From an uncultured Planctomycetaceae bacterium (GTDB lineage Bacteria > Planctomycetota > Planctomycetia > Planctomycetales > Planctomycetaceae): a DNA stretch of 64,000 nt. Under the pieces are notes generated by a model. It saw only the letters and a list, made by a program, of their open reading frames with translations. It was not told the origin of the DNA and did no database searches. The stretch is from contig CAWFAK010000012.1 in the NCBI GenBank assembly GCA_963813715.1, forward strand, positions 288,001 through 352,000. The letters run 5' to 3'. Both the position numbers and the translations under genes were made by a program. This document shows positions 42,823-54,040 of the stretch, in pieces. Numbering within the stretch: the stretch's first letter is position 1; the number at the start of each line of letters is the position of its first letter.

Positions 42823-42879
42823 CAGTCTCCGCTGCGGTCATGGGCACAGCTTGCGGGCACAGGCGTTTGGCAGGGAAAT

Positions 42880-43329
42880 ATGGTTGAAAATCGTTGGCCC
42901 GCCCTGATCGTCGCCGTCGTGCTGGTGGTGTTCGGCATCACGCTGATCGTGTCGCACCGCCGCACACGACGCCGCCAATTGGGCAGCCTGCATCTCGAAG
43001 AAGGCGAAAGCCTGTTCCTGGAAAAGCGCTACCGGCGCCGGATGCGGATCGCGGTGACGTTCACGATCTTGGGCGTGTTGATCGGCGTGGGGGACGCGGT
43101 GCTGCCGATCCAGAAAAAGCAGCCGCTGGCCGTCACGCTCTATTGGATCGGCGTGCTCTTGTTGACCGGCTGGGTCATGCTGCAAGGGTTCTGGGATTTG
43201 TGGTCGACGGCCGCCTATACGGGGGCTGAACTGTCGCGCATCCGCCAAAAGCGCCGCGAACTCGAGCAGCAGCTGGTCGAATTCAAGCACCGCAACCTGG
43301 GCGAGCGGGACTTCGACGGGCAGTCTTGA
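42880..43329 (+). CDS. Hypothetical membrane protein
   Basis: Three hydrophobic segments and a C-terminal coiled coil. Confidence 0.7.
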   Translation: MVENRWPALIVAVVLVVFGITLIVSHRRTRRRQLGSLHLEEGESLFLEKRYRRRMRIAVTFTILGVLIGVGDAVLPIQKKQPLAVTLYWIGVLLLTGWVMLQGFWDLWSTAAYTGAELSRIRQKRRELEQQLVEFKHRNLGERDFDGQS

Positions 43330-43356
43330 GCCGTCCGAACGATCCCGCTCGCGGCG

Positions 43357-45345
43357 TCACTCGCTGCCGCCGGCTTCGTTCATCCCCAGCTGTCGCATCT
43401 TGCGATAGAGATTCGAGCGATGCACGCCCAGGAGCCGGGCCGCCTCGCTCATGTTTCCCTGCACGCGCTTGATCGAGCGGCGGATGAACTCTTGCTGGAA
43501 TTTGCGGCTGGCCATTTCGAGCGACATATCGCCCGACGGTTCCAGCGCCGCATCGCGGCCCGGATTGAGGATGAACTCCAGGTCCTCCGCTTCGACCTTG
43601 TCGCCGCTGCCCAAGTAAACGACCCGCTCCATCAGGTTCCGCAACTCGCGGACGTTGCCCGGCCAGGCATGCGATTGCAGCCGCCGCCGGGCGTCGGCCG
43701 AGAACTTCAGCGACGGCCGCCGCGCGCGAGCGCAAAACTGCTTCAAGAAGTATTCGGCCAACGGAATGACGTCTTCGGGCCGGTCCCGCAGCGGAGGCAG
43801 CACCTGCGTGACGACGCTCAGGCGATAGTAGAGGTCTTCCCGGAATTTTCGCAGTCGCACCGACTCGGCCAGGTTGGCGTTGGTCGCGGCAATCACACGC
43901 ACATTGATCGGGATACTCTGCGAGCCACCGACCCGGGTGATGACTTTTTGCTCGAGCACGCGGAGCAATTTCGCCTGCCCGGCCAGGCTCATATCGCCGA
44001 TCTCGTCGAGGAAGAGCGTGCCTTCTTCGGCCAGCTCGAACTTGCCGCGGCGCATTTCGCGGGCGTCGGTAAAGGCCCCCTTTTCGTGGCCAAAGAGCTC
44101 GCTTTCCAGCAGTGTTTCGGCGAGGGCCGCGCAGTTGACGGCGATGAACGGCAGCGCGGCGCGCGTCCCCTGAAAATGCAGCGATTGGGCCACAACTTCT
44201 TTGCCGGTGCCACTCTCGCCCAGAATCAACACGGGCAGGTCGGTCGCGGCGAGCCGCACGACTGTCGCCCGCAGCGCCACGATCGCCGGACTCTCGCCGA
44301 TGATCTGCACGCCCTGGGTCACTTGCTCGGTCAATTGTTCGATGCTGCGAGTCATCTGCTCGCGCTCTTGCGCGTTTTGCAGCGCGATGGCGGCGGGCAC
44401 GCCGAGCTGAGCCAGGGTCTCTTCGTCGTCGTCGCCAAACGGTCCGTCGATGCGGTTGATCACCTCGAAGGCGCCGATCAAGTTGCCCTCCACGTCGCGG
44501 AGCGCCTGGCAGAGCAGGTTGCGGGTGGTGAACCCGCTGGCCACGTCGACGCTCTTGTCGAAGCGCGGATCGCGATACGCATCGTCGACGCGAATCGACT
44601 TGCCCGTCTGCACCACCTGCCCGACGATGCCGGCCGTATCGGGCAGCCGCAGATTTCGCCCGTTCATGCCGAGGGCAGGCCGGGCGACGAGCTCGTGGTG
44701 ATAGCGGTCCCACAGAAAAATGCTGGCCCGCTCGCAGCCCAGGATTCGCGTGGCGGCCGTCGCCACCAGCTCGAGTAGCGGCTGCGACTCGCGCGTTCGC
44801 GAGAACGACGTCGCCACTTCGAGGGTGCTGGTCAATCGCTCGACGCGCTTGAGCCCCTGGGCGTGCCGCTCGACGATCGCCAAACAGATCCCCAGCACGC
44901 GACTGATGGCGACAACGGCCGGCAGCAATCCGTCCGACAGATTGCGACCAGCCATCAGCAGAACGTCGCCGGTGGTCGAATGCGCGGCGCCCAGGGGCGC
45001 GGCCAGGAATCGCCAGCCGTCCGCCGAGCCGTCCGCGTGAAACGCGCCCGCGTCGCGGTCGAGCACCTCTTCCAGCACGCGGTGCGGAATCTCCTCGAAG
45101 CCGCGGCGGCCGGTCTCGGCAACGCGCGTCCACTGGGGCGTTCGCTTGTAAACGGAACACCACTGGGCCGAAAACTCGGTGGTGATTTCGGGCAAACGCC
45201 GGTTCAGGAAGGACGTGGAAGTCGTGGCTTCCAGGGACGCCTCGAGCAGCCGCTCAGCCAGCTGGACGATGCCGCCCCCGGCCTCCGAGCGGGACAGCCA
45301 GGGCAAGTCTCCCCAACTCAGCCAACGAGCCTTGAGCGCGGTCAC
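43357..45345 (-). CDS. Sigma-54-dependent transcriptional activator (GAF, AAA+, Fis HTH)
   Basis: GESGTGKE; ESELFGHEKGAFTDA; LFLDEIG; WPGNVRELRN; AARLLGVHRSNLYRK. Confidence 0.95.
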   Translation of the reverse strand: MTALKARWLSWGDLPWLSRSEAGGGIVQLAERLLEASLEATTSTSFLNRRLPEITTEFSAQWCSVYKRTPQWTRVAETGRRGFEEIPHRVLEEVLDRDAGAFHADGSADGWRFLAAPLGAAHSTTGDVLLMAGRNLSDGLLPAVVAISRVLGICLAIVERHAQGLKRVERLTSTLEVATSFSRTRESQPLLELVATAATRILGCERASIFLWDRYHHELVARPALGMNGRNLRLPDTAGIVGQVVQTGKSIRVDDAYRDPRFDKSVDVASGFTTRNLLCQALRDVEGNLIGAFEVINRIDGPFGDDDEETLAQLGVPAAIALQNAQEREQMTRSIEQLTEQVTQGVQIIGESPAIVALRATVVRLAATDLPVLILGESGTGKEVVAQSLHFQGTRAALPFIAVNCAALAETLLESELFGHEKGAFTDAREMRRGKFELAEEGTLFLDEIGDMSLAGQAKLLRVLEQKVITRVGGSQSIPINVRVIAATNANLAESVRLRKFREDLYYRLSVVTQVLPPLRDRPEDVIPLAEYFLKQFCARARRPSLKFSADARRRLQSHAWPGNVRELRNLMERVVYLGSGDKVEAEDLEFILNPGRDAALEPSGDMSLEMASRKFQQEFIRRSIKRVQGNMSEAARLLGVHRSNLYRKMRQLGMNEAGGSE

Positions 45346-45636
45346 TTACATCCCTCCGAGGCCGTAGGGCGCAATCAGTTTGATCGGCATGTATCGCTTT
45401 GCGCCTCATCCGCGGGACGACGTCCTTGCCCCGCTGCGATCACAATGATTCACATAATATCAGTCACGGGACGGTTCGCCACTCTGACTCAATCTGGCCT
45501 CGCGTCAGCAGTTTGGTCGTAAGATCCTGCTTGCAGCCACGAAGAGCGGCCTGATAATTGGGGAAGCTCCGCGCGAAGAGTCGCGGATAGCCACCGCGAC
45601 ACGGGCCGACCGGCACCGGCAAGAGGAGGCGAAGAG

Positions 45637-45879
45637 ATGATCCCGCAATTCTCTGAGACGAGTTGGATCGTGACGATTTCCATCTTGGGCGGCGTGGCCG
45701 TCGCCTGGGCGATCGTCGTCTGCGTGATCACCGTCGCCAAGATCGTGGTGCAGCACCGCGAACGGATGGCCCGCATCGGCATGGACATCAGCGCACAACG
45801 CGCGGCCGAAACGATCCCGCACCCGGGGGCCGAATCGTCGCATCCCAATGAGTGGCCGCGCAAATCTGTCGTCGGCTGA
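45637..45879 (+). CDS. Small single-TM hypothetical protein
   Basis: GAGGAGG RBS; TM segment then HRERMARIGM. Confidence 0.55.
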   Translation: MIPQFSETSWIVTISILGGVAVAWAIVVCVITVAKIVVQHRERMARIGMDISAQRAAETIPHPGAESSHPNEWPRKSVVG

Positions 45880-45942
45880 AACGTGGGCGACCTGCCGGCC
45901 TCAAGTCCGGCTTTCAGGGCATCCCTTTAGCGTCTGGAGCGG

Positions 45943-46754
45943 CTAGCGCCAGGGATTGTAGTCCGGCTCGACGCGATCCAATTGGCGGATCATCGCCGCC
46001 CAGAGGAACGGATAGCGCCGCGGCTGCGTGAGCACGGCCCGCGATTGCCGGGCGACCTCCGGCGGAGCGGCTTTCAGCGGCAGACCCGTCGACAGGGCGG
46101 ACAGGTTGATTTTGCAGGTCCGCTCCAAGTCGAGCATGTCGATCAGCGCCTGCTCCACCGTGCCGGCGCAGGTCAAGAGGCCGTGATTCGCGAGGATCAG
46201 GGCCCGCTTGTCGCCGAGCGACTCCACGATCCCGTTGGTCTGTTCGCCGTCGAGCACGATGCCCGTGTACTCGTCGTACACAGCGTGGTCTTCGAAGAAC
46301 GAACAGCCGGTCTGATCGAGCGGCTCCAGCGGAATGCCGAGCGTGCTGTAAGCCGTCCCTGCGGGCGGATGCGTGTGGCAGGCGCAGTTCACGTCGGGTC
46401 GCGCGTGATGAATGGCCGAATGAATGCAGAAGCCGGCCTGGTTGATGAGCGGATGCCCGTCCAGGATTTCGCCGGCCGAATTGACCAACACGAGGTTGTC
46501 GGCCCGCACTTCGTTAAAGAAGAGGCCGAACGGATTGACCCAAAAATACTCCGGCGCCCCGGCACGCGCAGACTGATGTGACCGGCCACGCCGTCATCGA
46601 GACCGGCCCGCGCCAAAAACCGATAGGCGGCCGCCAGCTTTACGCGCTCGGCTCGCGCCTCGGGTGAACTCGCCAGCTTCAGGACACGATCTTTCTCAGC
46701 CGAAGGTGCGGCCACCCGTTCCACGGCAATCGATTCGGGATTGATGGTCGTCAT
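45943..46754 (-). CDS. Class II aldolase/adducin family protein (apparent indel ~46560)
   Basis: LAAAYRFL; GHISLRVP; IHSAIHHARPDV; HTH; LILANHG. Confidence 0.9.
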
Positions 46755-46949
46755 AGCGCCTGACTCCGGTGAAATGCGGGAATAAGTTTCGTCCGTCAGC
46801 CTGCACCAACGTTGAAGAAGCCTCGATCCTACTGTGACCGCGCCAGCCGAGCAATCTGCCGTTTTTGCCGACCAATTTCCACACAACAGATTCAACCGGC
46901 GAGACAATCGTTCGCGTCCGACGGATCGCGGAAAGCCCAAAACCGCTGC

Positions 46950-46979
46950 TTGTCGCGGGCTTTCACCCACTCCTATAAT
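46950..46979 (+). promoter_or_regulatory. Candidate sigma-70 promoter upstream of yqgE
   Basis: TTGTCG-N18-TATAAT in the intergenic region. Confidence 0.45.
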
Positions 46980-47083
46980 GCCCTGCGCTTCGGCCTGCTC
47001 GCATCGGCCTCCGCACTTTGGGAGCTCGCGCCAGCGGTCGAGCCGAAGACAGTTCCGACTTACTCACCTTAGTTGGATCCCAG

Positions 47084-47649
47084 ATGGCCGAGTCACTTCG
47101 CGGGCACTGTCTGATCGCCGCCAAACGGCTTCGCGACCGCAATTTCTATAAAACGGTCGTCCTGATGGTGGAACACGGATCGGACGGGGCGATGGGGCTG
47201 GTCATCAACCGCCCGTCCTCGGTCACCGTAGCCCACGCTCTCTCGGAGCACTTCAAGCTCCCCGAGACCGACGACTTGGTTTACGTCGGCGGGCCAGTCG
47301 AACCCTCGGCCCTGTTCATCGTGCACAACTCGCTCGAGTTCGATACGGACGAGTCGCCGGTGATTCCGGGCGTTTACGTCGGCAGCAGCGCGGAGGTTTT
47401 CGAGCAAATCGTGCGGTCGTCGGCCGAAGGAAATCCCGACCTGCGGTTCCGCATTTATTCGGGTTGCGCCGGCTGGGCGCGGGACAGCTCGAAGGTGAGT
47501 TGGCACGCGGCGACTGGTACACGCTGCCTGCCCACGACTCGGCAATCTTCAGCGACGACCCATATTTGGTGTGGGACGAATTGATGGCCAAGGTGCAGGA
47601 CTCCAACCGCATCCTGCCTCAGTTGTCGGGCAACCCCGAGTGGAACTGA
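47084..47649 (+). CDS. yqgE: YqgE/AlgH family protein (apparent indel ~47480)
   Basis: LRDRNFYKTVVLMVEH; GAMGLVINRP; YVGGPV; GCAGW then GQLEGEL..GDW. Confidence 0.88.
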
Positions 47650-47739
47650 CGGCGCTCTCCGAACTCGGCGGCGCCTCGTTCGACCCGCTTGTCGCACTTC
47701 GCCAACAGGATTCTCTTCGTCAAGTAGTGAGGAGCCGAC

Positions 47740-48696
47740 ATGGACGTGATCTCCCTCTCCGACGGCCACGGTTCAACGGCGAAGGTCACGCCGGCGTTGG
47801 GCTTTAATTGTTTTGACTTTCAGGCCCGTGTCGGCAACGAGACGATTCCCGTGCTCGACGCTTCGCCCCAGTTCGCACGGGGCGGCGACAAGCCGAGCGG
47901 CCACGGCATCCCGATTCTTTTCCCCTTTCCCAACCGCATCCGCACCGGCCGCTTCGCCTGGAACGGAAAGCACTACGAGATCCCCGAGTCGAACGCGTCG
48001 TACAACTCGGGCAACGCCATTCATGGCTTCTGTCTCGACCGGCCCTGGCGCGTTGCCAACCGCGGACCCGACTTTGTGGCTGGCGTGTTTCAGCTCAGCC
48101 GCGACGCGCCGGACCGCGCGAGCTATTGGCCGGCGGACTTCCGCCTCGAGGTTCGCTATACCGTTCGCGCCGCCAGTCTGCGGGCCGACTTCTTGATCGT
48201 CAATCCGTCCGCTGACCCGCTTCCCTGGGGCTTGGGAACGCATCCCTATTTCAAATTGCCCCTGAGCACGAAAAGCCAGGCGGCGCGCTGCCTGGTCTCT
48301 GCCCCGGCCAGCCAGGAATGGGAATTGATCGATTGCCTGCCCACAGGGAAGCGGCTGCCGATCACTGAGCCGAAGGATTTGCGCGAGGGCGCGTACTTCG
48401 ATACGCTCAAGCTGGACGACGTGCTGACAGATCTGGGAGACACGCGAACGATCGAATGCGGCATCACCGACGAGCACGCCGGCCTGCAAATCACGCAGCG
48501 ATTTCCCTCCGAGTTTCGCGAGCTGGTCGTCTACACGCCTCATAATCGGGACGCGATGTGCCTCGAGCCATACACGTGTGTCACCGACGCGATCAACCTC
48601 GCGCCCCGGGGCATCGAAACCGGCTGGCGCGTGCTCGAGCCGGGCAGCGAATTCCGCACCTGGATCGAGATCAAGGCCGGCCAGGTCATTGCCTGA
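47740..48696 (+). CDS. Aldose 1-epimerase family protein
   Basis: ILFPFPNRI; AIHGF; GTHPYF; CLEP. Confidence 0.9.
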   Translation: MDVISLSDGHGSTAKVTPALGFNCFDFQARVGNETIPVLDASPQFARGGDKPSGHGIPILFPFPNRIRTGRFAWNGKHYEIPESNASYNSGNAIHGFCLDRPWRVANRGPDFVAGVFQLSRDAPDRASYWPADFRLEVRYTVRAASLRADFLIVNPSADPLPWGLGTHPYFKLPLSTKSQAARCLVSAPASQEWELIDCLPTGKRLPITEPKDLREGAYFDTLKLDDVLTDLGDTRTIECGITDEHAGLQITQRFPSEFRELVVYTPHNRDAMCLEPYTCVTDAINLAPRGIETGWRVLEPGSEFRTWIEIKAGQVIA

Positions 48697-48885
48697 CGAT
48701 CGACGGCTCGCCCTCGCCCCTTGCTAGTCCGAGCAGTCCGAGAATGTCGGCCGGGTCGTTTGACCGGCTAGCGGTGGGGTTGTTTTCGGCCGCCGGACGG
48801 GTTTCGGTCCGAGCCGCCGTGCTGGCCGCATGATAGAATGAAAGGGGCCGACGGCGCTGCGCGGCATTAACGAACGCTTGCGCGA

Positions 48886-51768
48886 TTGGGGACGTCCGTG
48901 ATCTCGAACTGCAAACTCGTCTCGAAGGCGGCTTCGCAAAGCCCCTGGCCCGGTCTCTTCTGTTGCCTGATCGGCCTCGCTTGCCTCTTGGCAACGTCCA
49001 CCGTCTCTGCTGCCCAAAATTCTGCCGGGGCTGCCGCATCGTTGGGGCCGACGGTCGAGATCGAATCGCTCCATTTGGGATCGATCTATTCCTATTACAA
49101 CCCGCCCGCCGGCACCCGGTTTCTCGCTGTTCAGATCAAGGTCACCAATCACGATTCCAAGCCGCTCGCCATTCGCACTCAGGACGTGCTGCTGCACTGC
49201 GACGGCACGGATTACAAGCAGCGCGACACGGTCGGCGCACTGCGCAACAGCGCGTTCCAGGTCCGCGGACGTAGCGTGAACGTCAACAAGATGCAGCCGA
49301 CCGCCGAGCTGCAAGTGGCGCCGGATGCCGCGGCAGAGAAGTGGCTGGTTTTCGGCGGGCTGCCTCCGGGCAATCAAGTGCCGACACTCGTGCTGCGAAT
49401 CGCGGCCGCCGGCGCCCCGCACGAAATCGACCTGAACGAAGCGGCGCGGCGTCAGATGAAGCTGACGGTCGAGCGGATCGGCCCCCGAGGCTGTCTCGCT
49501 CTGTTGACCGTTGCCGGCGAGCTCAACACGGTGAACATCGGCAGCCTCGTCGGCACCTTGGAATCGCTGGTCGCGCAGAAGGTCGTGCGGGCTGTGATCC
49601 GCTTCGATCGGTCGGTGCCTCAGCTCGACGGTCAGATTCTCAGCTGGCTGCAGCAGGGGGCGTTTCTCGCCGGTCGCGGCGAAAACAACAATATGCAGCT
49701 GCCGCTCTTCCCCGCCGCCCTGCGGGAGTTGCACTTGGCGCGGCTGCCTAATCACTCGGCCGAAAACCTCGAGGGGGCCGCAGGTGACGAGCCGCGGATT
49801 CACCAGCGTGACGCGGTCGCCGTGCGGGCCGCGCTCAAGTCGGCCATCGAGTCCCTGCCCCGGGCCGAGTTGCTCGCCGAAATTGAAAAAGGCCATCCGC
49901 TGGTCCGGCCGGTCGCGCTCGCAGACGGCGGCAGCCGCCTGACGTCCGAGGACCTGCCACTCGTGCTGCGATTTGCCGACGGCGACGACGTGAAGATGCA
50001 GCTGGCCGCGATCACGGCGCTACGGCACTTCGGCGAGCCGGCCGCCATCGACAAGCTGCTCTTCTACGCGCGGCGGAATGTCGAGCCGACCGTCTCGGCG
50101 GCGATCGAAAGCCTGGCCGCCTCGCGTTATGCGGTGGCCCACCAGGCGCTGTTGGACGTGTTGAAGAAGGAGCATCCGGCTTCGCGACGGATCATCGTGC
50201 GCGTGCTGGCCAAGTATCCGCGGCCGCTCTGGTCGGACACGATCTACTCGTTCATCAGCGATCCGGATCCGAGCGTGGCCGTCGAAGCTCTGCGGGCCCT
50301 CGTGGAAACGGGTCATCCGCGGCTGTTGGATTTGCTCAAGGACGCTCTCGCCCGCGGCACACCGCCGGTGAGGGAGGAGGCCTTTCAGCTGTTGTCGAAG
50401 CGGAGCGACCCGCAGAGCGAAGAGCTGGCTCTCGAATATGCGCTGCAAGCCATGAAGTCGGGCGCTCCCAACACGAACGTTTACGAGCTTTTGACCCGGA
50501 CGAAGGATCCGCGGGCGATTCCGCTGCTGCTGCACGAACTCGATCGGGTGTCCGGCAGCCGTTCGCAAGTCATCAACGTGTTGGCGCAAATTGGCGACCA
50601 GTCGGCAGCGGAGGCGCTGGCGGCCAAATACCCGACGCTTTCGGATCGCGACAAAGCGTCCACCTTGAACGCGCTGCAGACGCTCAAATCGCCGCACTTC
50701 CGTCGCTTTGCCGGCGAGGCGCTGATGCGGGGGGACACGTCGCTCGTGAGCACGGCCATCATCGGTCTGCAAAACGACGGCGGTCCGCAGGCCGTGCAAT
50801 TGCTGGTGAACGCCTTGGAATCGTCCAAAAATCTTACGATCTGGTCCTATATTACGAATGCCCTGGCCAACTTCGGCACAACCGAAGCCAAGGTGGCCTT
50901 GCAGCGAGCCCGCGACTCGGACAATCCGCGAAAGCGCAAGCTGGCGCTGGAAGCGCTGCGTCAAATGAGCCAGCGGTCCCCCGGCTATCCGGCATTTCTC
51001 ACCGCCCGACAGTCGGCCCAGAGCGAACGCTGGGACGAGGCGATCTCGCGCTACGCTGCGGCCATCGAGCTCGATCCCGAATTGTCCGACGCCTATTCCG
51101 GTCGCGGTCACGCGCTCTTGCAGGTCAAAAAGCTGGCCGAGGCACACAAGGATTTCACCAAGGCGGTGGAGCTCGACCCGTATAGCGCGGAAGGCGTCAG
51201 CGGATTGGGCATCTGCCTGGTGATGGAGGGCGACGTTGCGGGGGGCACGAAGACCATCGAAGACTCCCGCGCGAAGCTCAGCGACGATTTCGTGTTCACG
51301 TACAACGCGGCCTGTGTCTACGGGCGGGCAGTCGAGCAAACGTCGAAGCTTCCCCCTTCGCCCGAACGGGAAAAGAAGACCACGAGGTTTCGCAAGCAGG
51401 CGCTCACCGATCTGCAGCTCTCCGTGAAGCTCGGCTTTCCCGACATCGATTGGATGAAGAAGGACGCCGACCTCGAGTCGCTGCACGGCCTCACGGAATT
51501 CAAGCGGATCGTGTCGCCCGACGAGAAGCACGGCCCCGACGAGAATTCGGGCGACGACAATAACGGCGACCCGAAAACCCCGGCCGCCGACTCCGCCGGC
51601 AAGGGCGCGGCGGCCAAAACGCCAGCCGGAAAACACGCCTCCCCCAAGCCCGCAGCGCAAAAGACGGCTTCGCGAAAACCCGAAGAGGGCGCCGAAAATC
51701 GTGGCGGGCGATCGACGACCGACGACGCGATCCGGGCCGACCTGATGTTCGAGGACGCGCGGCCTTAG
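48886..51768 (+). CDS. Secreted multidomain protein with HEAT and TPR repeats
   Basis: Signal peptide; HEAT-like helical repeats; TPRs (AIELDPELSDAYSGRG); YNAACVYG...KDADLESL terminal motif. Confidence 0.8.
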   Translation: MGTSVISNCKLVSKAASQSPWPGLFCCLIGLACLLATSTVSAAQNSAGAAASLGPTVEIESLHLGSIYSYYNPPAGTRFLAVQIKVTNHDSKPLAIRTQDVLLHCDGTDYKQRDTVGALRNSAFQVRGRSVNVNKMQPTAELQVAPDAAAEKWLVFGGLPPGNQVPTLVLRIAAAGAPHEIDLNEAARRQMKLTVERIGPRGCLALLTVAGELNTVNIGSLVGTLESLVAQKVVRAVIRFDRSVPQLDGQILSWLQQGAFLAGRGENNNMQLPLFPAALRELHLARLPNHSAENLEGAAGDEPRIHQRDAVAVRAALKSAIESLPRAELLAEIEKGHPLVRPVALADGGSRLTSEDLPLVLRFADGDDVKMQLAAITALRHFGEPAAIDKLLFYARRNVEPTVSAAIESLAASRYAVAHQALLDVLKKEHPASRRIIVRVLAKYPRPLWSDTIYSFISDPDPSVAVEALRALVETGHPRLLDLLKDALARGTPPVREEAFQLLSKRSDPQSEELALEYALQAMKSGAPNTNVYELLTRTKDPRAIPLLLHELDRVSGSRSQVINVLAQIGDQSAAEALAAKYPTLSDRDKASTLNALQTLKSPHFRRFAGEALMRGDTSLVSTAIIGLQNDGGPQAVQLLVNALESSKNLTIWSYITNALANFGTTEAKVALQRARDSDNPRKRKLALEALRQMSQRSPGYPAFLTARQSAQSERWDEAISRYAAAIELDPELSDAYSGRGHALLQVKKLAEAHKDFTKAVELDPYSAEGVSGLGICLVMEGDVAGGTKTIEDSRAKLSDDFVFTYNAACVYGRAVEQTSKLPPSPEREKKTTRFRKQALTDLQLSVKLGFPDIDWMKKDADLESLHGLTEFKRIVSPDEKHGPDENSGDDNNGDPKTPAADSAGKGAAAKTPAGKHASPKPAAQKTASRKPEEGAENRGGRSTTDDAIRADLMFEDARP

Positions 51769-51834
51769 TCCGGCCGCTTAGAACGTCAACCGCAGCAGGC
51801 CTTGGCCGGGAGCCGGAGCGAAGGGATTGTGCCG

Positions 51835-52416
51835 ATGGTTTATCTCGACCGCATCTACACCAAGAGCGGCGACAAGGGACAGACATCGCTCGGCGACGGC
51901 TCGCGCGTTCCCAAGACCGACAGCCGCATCGTGGCGTACGGCACCGTCGACGAGCTCAACTCGCTGATCGGCGTCGTCGTCGCCGCCGGAACTCCAGAGC
52001 CCGTGGCTTCGGGGCTCAAGCACATTCAAAACGACCTGTTCGACGTGGGAGCCGATCTCTGCGTTCCGGTCGCTTCCGGAACCGAGGCCGAGGGGCATTT
52101 GCGGGTGACCCCGGAGCAAGTGACTCAATTGGAACGGTGGATCGACGGAGCGACGGACCAGCTCCAACCGCTGAAAAGTTTTGTGCTGCCGGGAGGCACC
52201 ACCGCGTCGGCACATCTGCACTTGGCGCGCACCGTGTGTCGCCGCGCCGAGATCAAGATTTTGCTGCTGGCTGAGTCAACTCCCATCAATCCGCAGGTGA
52301 CGATCTATCTCAATCGCCTCTCCGATTTGCTCTTTGTCTGGGCGCGGCTTTGCAACGACGCGGGCCAGAGCGACGTCCTCTGGGTGCCGGGCAAATTCCG
52401 CACGCCCCCGCCCTAA
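51835..52416 (+). CDS. pduO: PduO-type ATP:cob(I)alamin adenosyltransferase
   Basis: IYTKSGDKGQTSL; YGTVDELNS; FVLPGG; ARTVCRRAE; YLNRLSDLLF. Confidence 0.93.
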   Translation: MVYLDRIYTKSGDKGQTSLGDGSRVPKTDSRIVAYGTVDELNSLIGVVVAAGTPEPVASGLKHIQNDLFDVGADLCVPVASGTEAEGHLRVTPEQVTQLERWIDGATDQLQPLKSFVLPGGTTASAHLHLARTVCRRAEIKILLLAESTPINPQVTIYLNRLSDLLFVWARLCNDAGQSDVLWVPGKFRTPPP

Positions 52417-52586
52417 GAGCCGCGCACGCAGTCAGCGGTGCCCTTTGGTCCTTCGTGTCTTCCGCCACGCAGGCCGCGTCGCGCGGCTTGCGAGCGACCG
52501 GCGCAGCAGCTAGTTTTGAGGGTCCCACGCCGCCTTTCGTTCGCCTCCCCCGGATCCCATTCCGCAGGATTTAGAGCAGGATTTGC

Positions 52587-54012
52587 ATGCAACGACTCGT
52601 TTTGCGCGGGAAACACCACGGACGCTTGGCCGTCGCCCCGCCTAGCTTGTTAGCCCTCGCCCTCTGTGCTGCTTTCACTATCGCCGGATGCGGACCCCCG
52701 CAGCCAAAGACGGCGTGCGCCGACGGCAACCTCCGACGCGCCTCCGGGACACGCGGGCGGCGACGGCAAGGGGGACGCCGCTACCGCAACGACCAGCGCC
52801 CCGGCCGCCGCCGAAACAGCCGATGAGAGCCCGGCAAAAGCCGACAATCCGGCCGACATCGCCGCGCTCAAGGCGGCCGGCGCCCAACTGCGCTCCTCCG
52901 GCGGCTCGGTGGTCGCAGTCGATCTCTCCGAACAGAACGGCACGGACGAGATCCTGCTCCATCTGAAGGGCCTGCCCGCTCTGCGGCAATTGATCCTCGC
53001 CGGGCCGTCCTATTCACCCGAGGGCCTGGCACACCTGGGCGAGGTCGTGCAGCTCAAGCGGCTGGAGCTGGAGGCGACGCAGACCAACGATGCTGTATTG
53101 GCCGCGCTCAAACCGCTCGTGAACCTCGAATTGATCAAACTTTTCAAGACCGACGTCCGCGACGAGGGCCTCAAAAACCTGGTCGCGCTCGCGCGGCTCA
53201 AGGACATCGATTTGCGCCGCACGCTCACTGGCGATCCGGGTGTCGCCAACTTGAAAGGCCTCGACAACCTCAAAGCGCTCAAGCTGCAGGACACCCGCGT
53301 GACCGAAGCGTGTCTCGATGACGTCAGCAGCCTGCCGCGACTCGAGGGGCTCGGCCTCTCGGGCACGAACTTCGGCGATTCGGCTCTCAAAAAGATCGGC
53401 AAGCTGACGAAGCTTCGCAGCCTACAGCTCGACGACACGCTGATCACCGATGCGGGCCTCGCCAATCTGGAAGGGCTCACCAAGCTCGACGTTCTGCATC
53501 TGCGGCGGACGCACGTCGGCGACGCGGGGCTGGCGCACATCGCTGGGCTGTCCAAGATGCGCGTGCTGATGCTGCGCGACACGCTCGTCGGCGACGCCGG
53601 CATTGCTCACCTGGCCGGCATGTCCAATCTCGATACGCTGGAAATCAGCGAAACGCAGGTGGGCAACAAGGGGCTAGCCACGCTGGGCGGTCTGAAAAAA
53701 CTGGCCCGCCTCGAGATTTGGAAAACGCAAATCACGGCAGCCGGCATGGGTTCGTTCAAAGATCTGACGAACCTCGTCGAGCTCAACCTCGACAGCTGCG
53801 AAATTTCCGACGACAGCTTGAAAAACCTCGAAGGGCTCAAGCGGCTGGAAAACCTCAATCTGTCGAGCACGCCGATCAGCGATGCGGGCCTTGACCACCT
53901 CAAGGGGCTGACGGCATTGCGGTCCCTCGATCTGAGCAACGCCGGCGACATCACCGAAGAGGGGATCGAGAAGCTCAAGAAATCGCTCCCTGAGTGCCAC
54001 ATCAAACACTGA
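52587..54012 (+). CDS. Leucine-rich-repeat lipoprotein (apparent indel ~52715)
   Basis: FTIAGC lipobox; ~14 24-aa LRRs of pattern L..L.L..T.I.DAGL..L.GL; LKKSLPECHI terminus. Confidence 0.88.
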
Positions 54013-54040
54013 TCGCGCCCGACAACGGAAGGCGTTTCCC

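Noticed and set aside
51770..52580. Cobalamin riboswitch near the adenosyltransferase gene
   Set aside because: Upstream gap is only ~65 bp and no B12-box motifs were seen.
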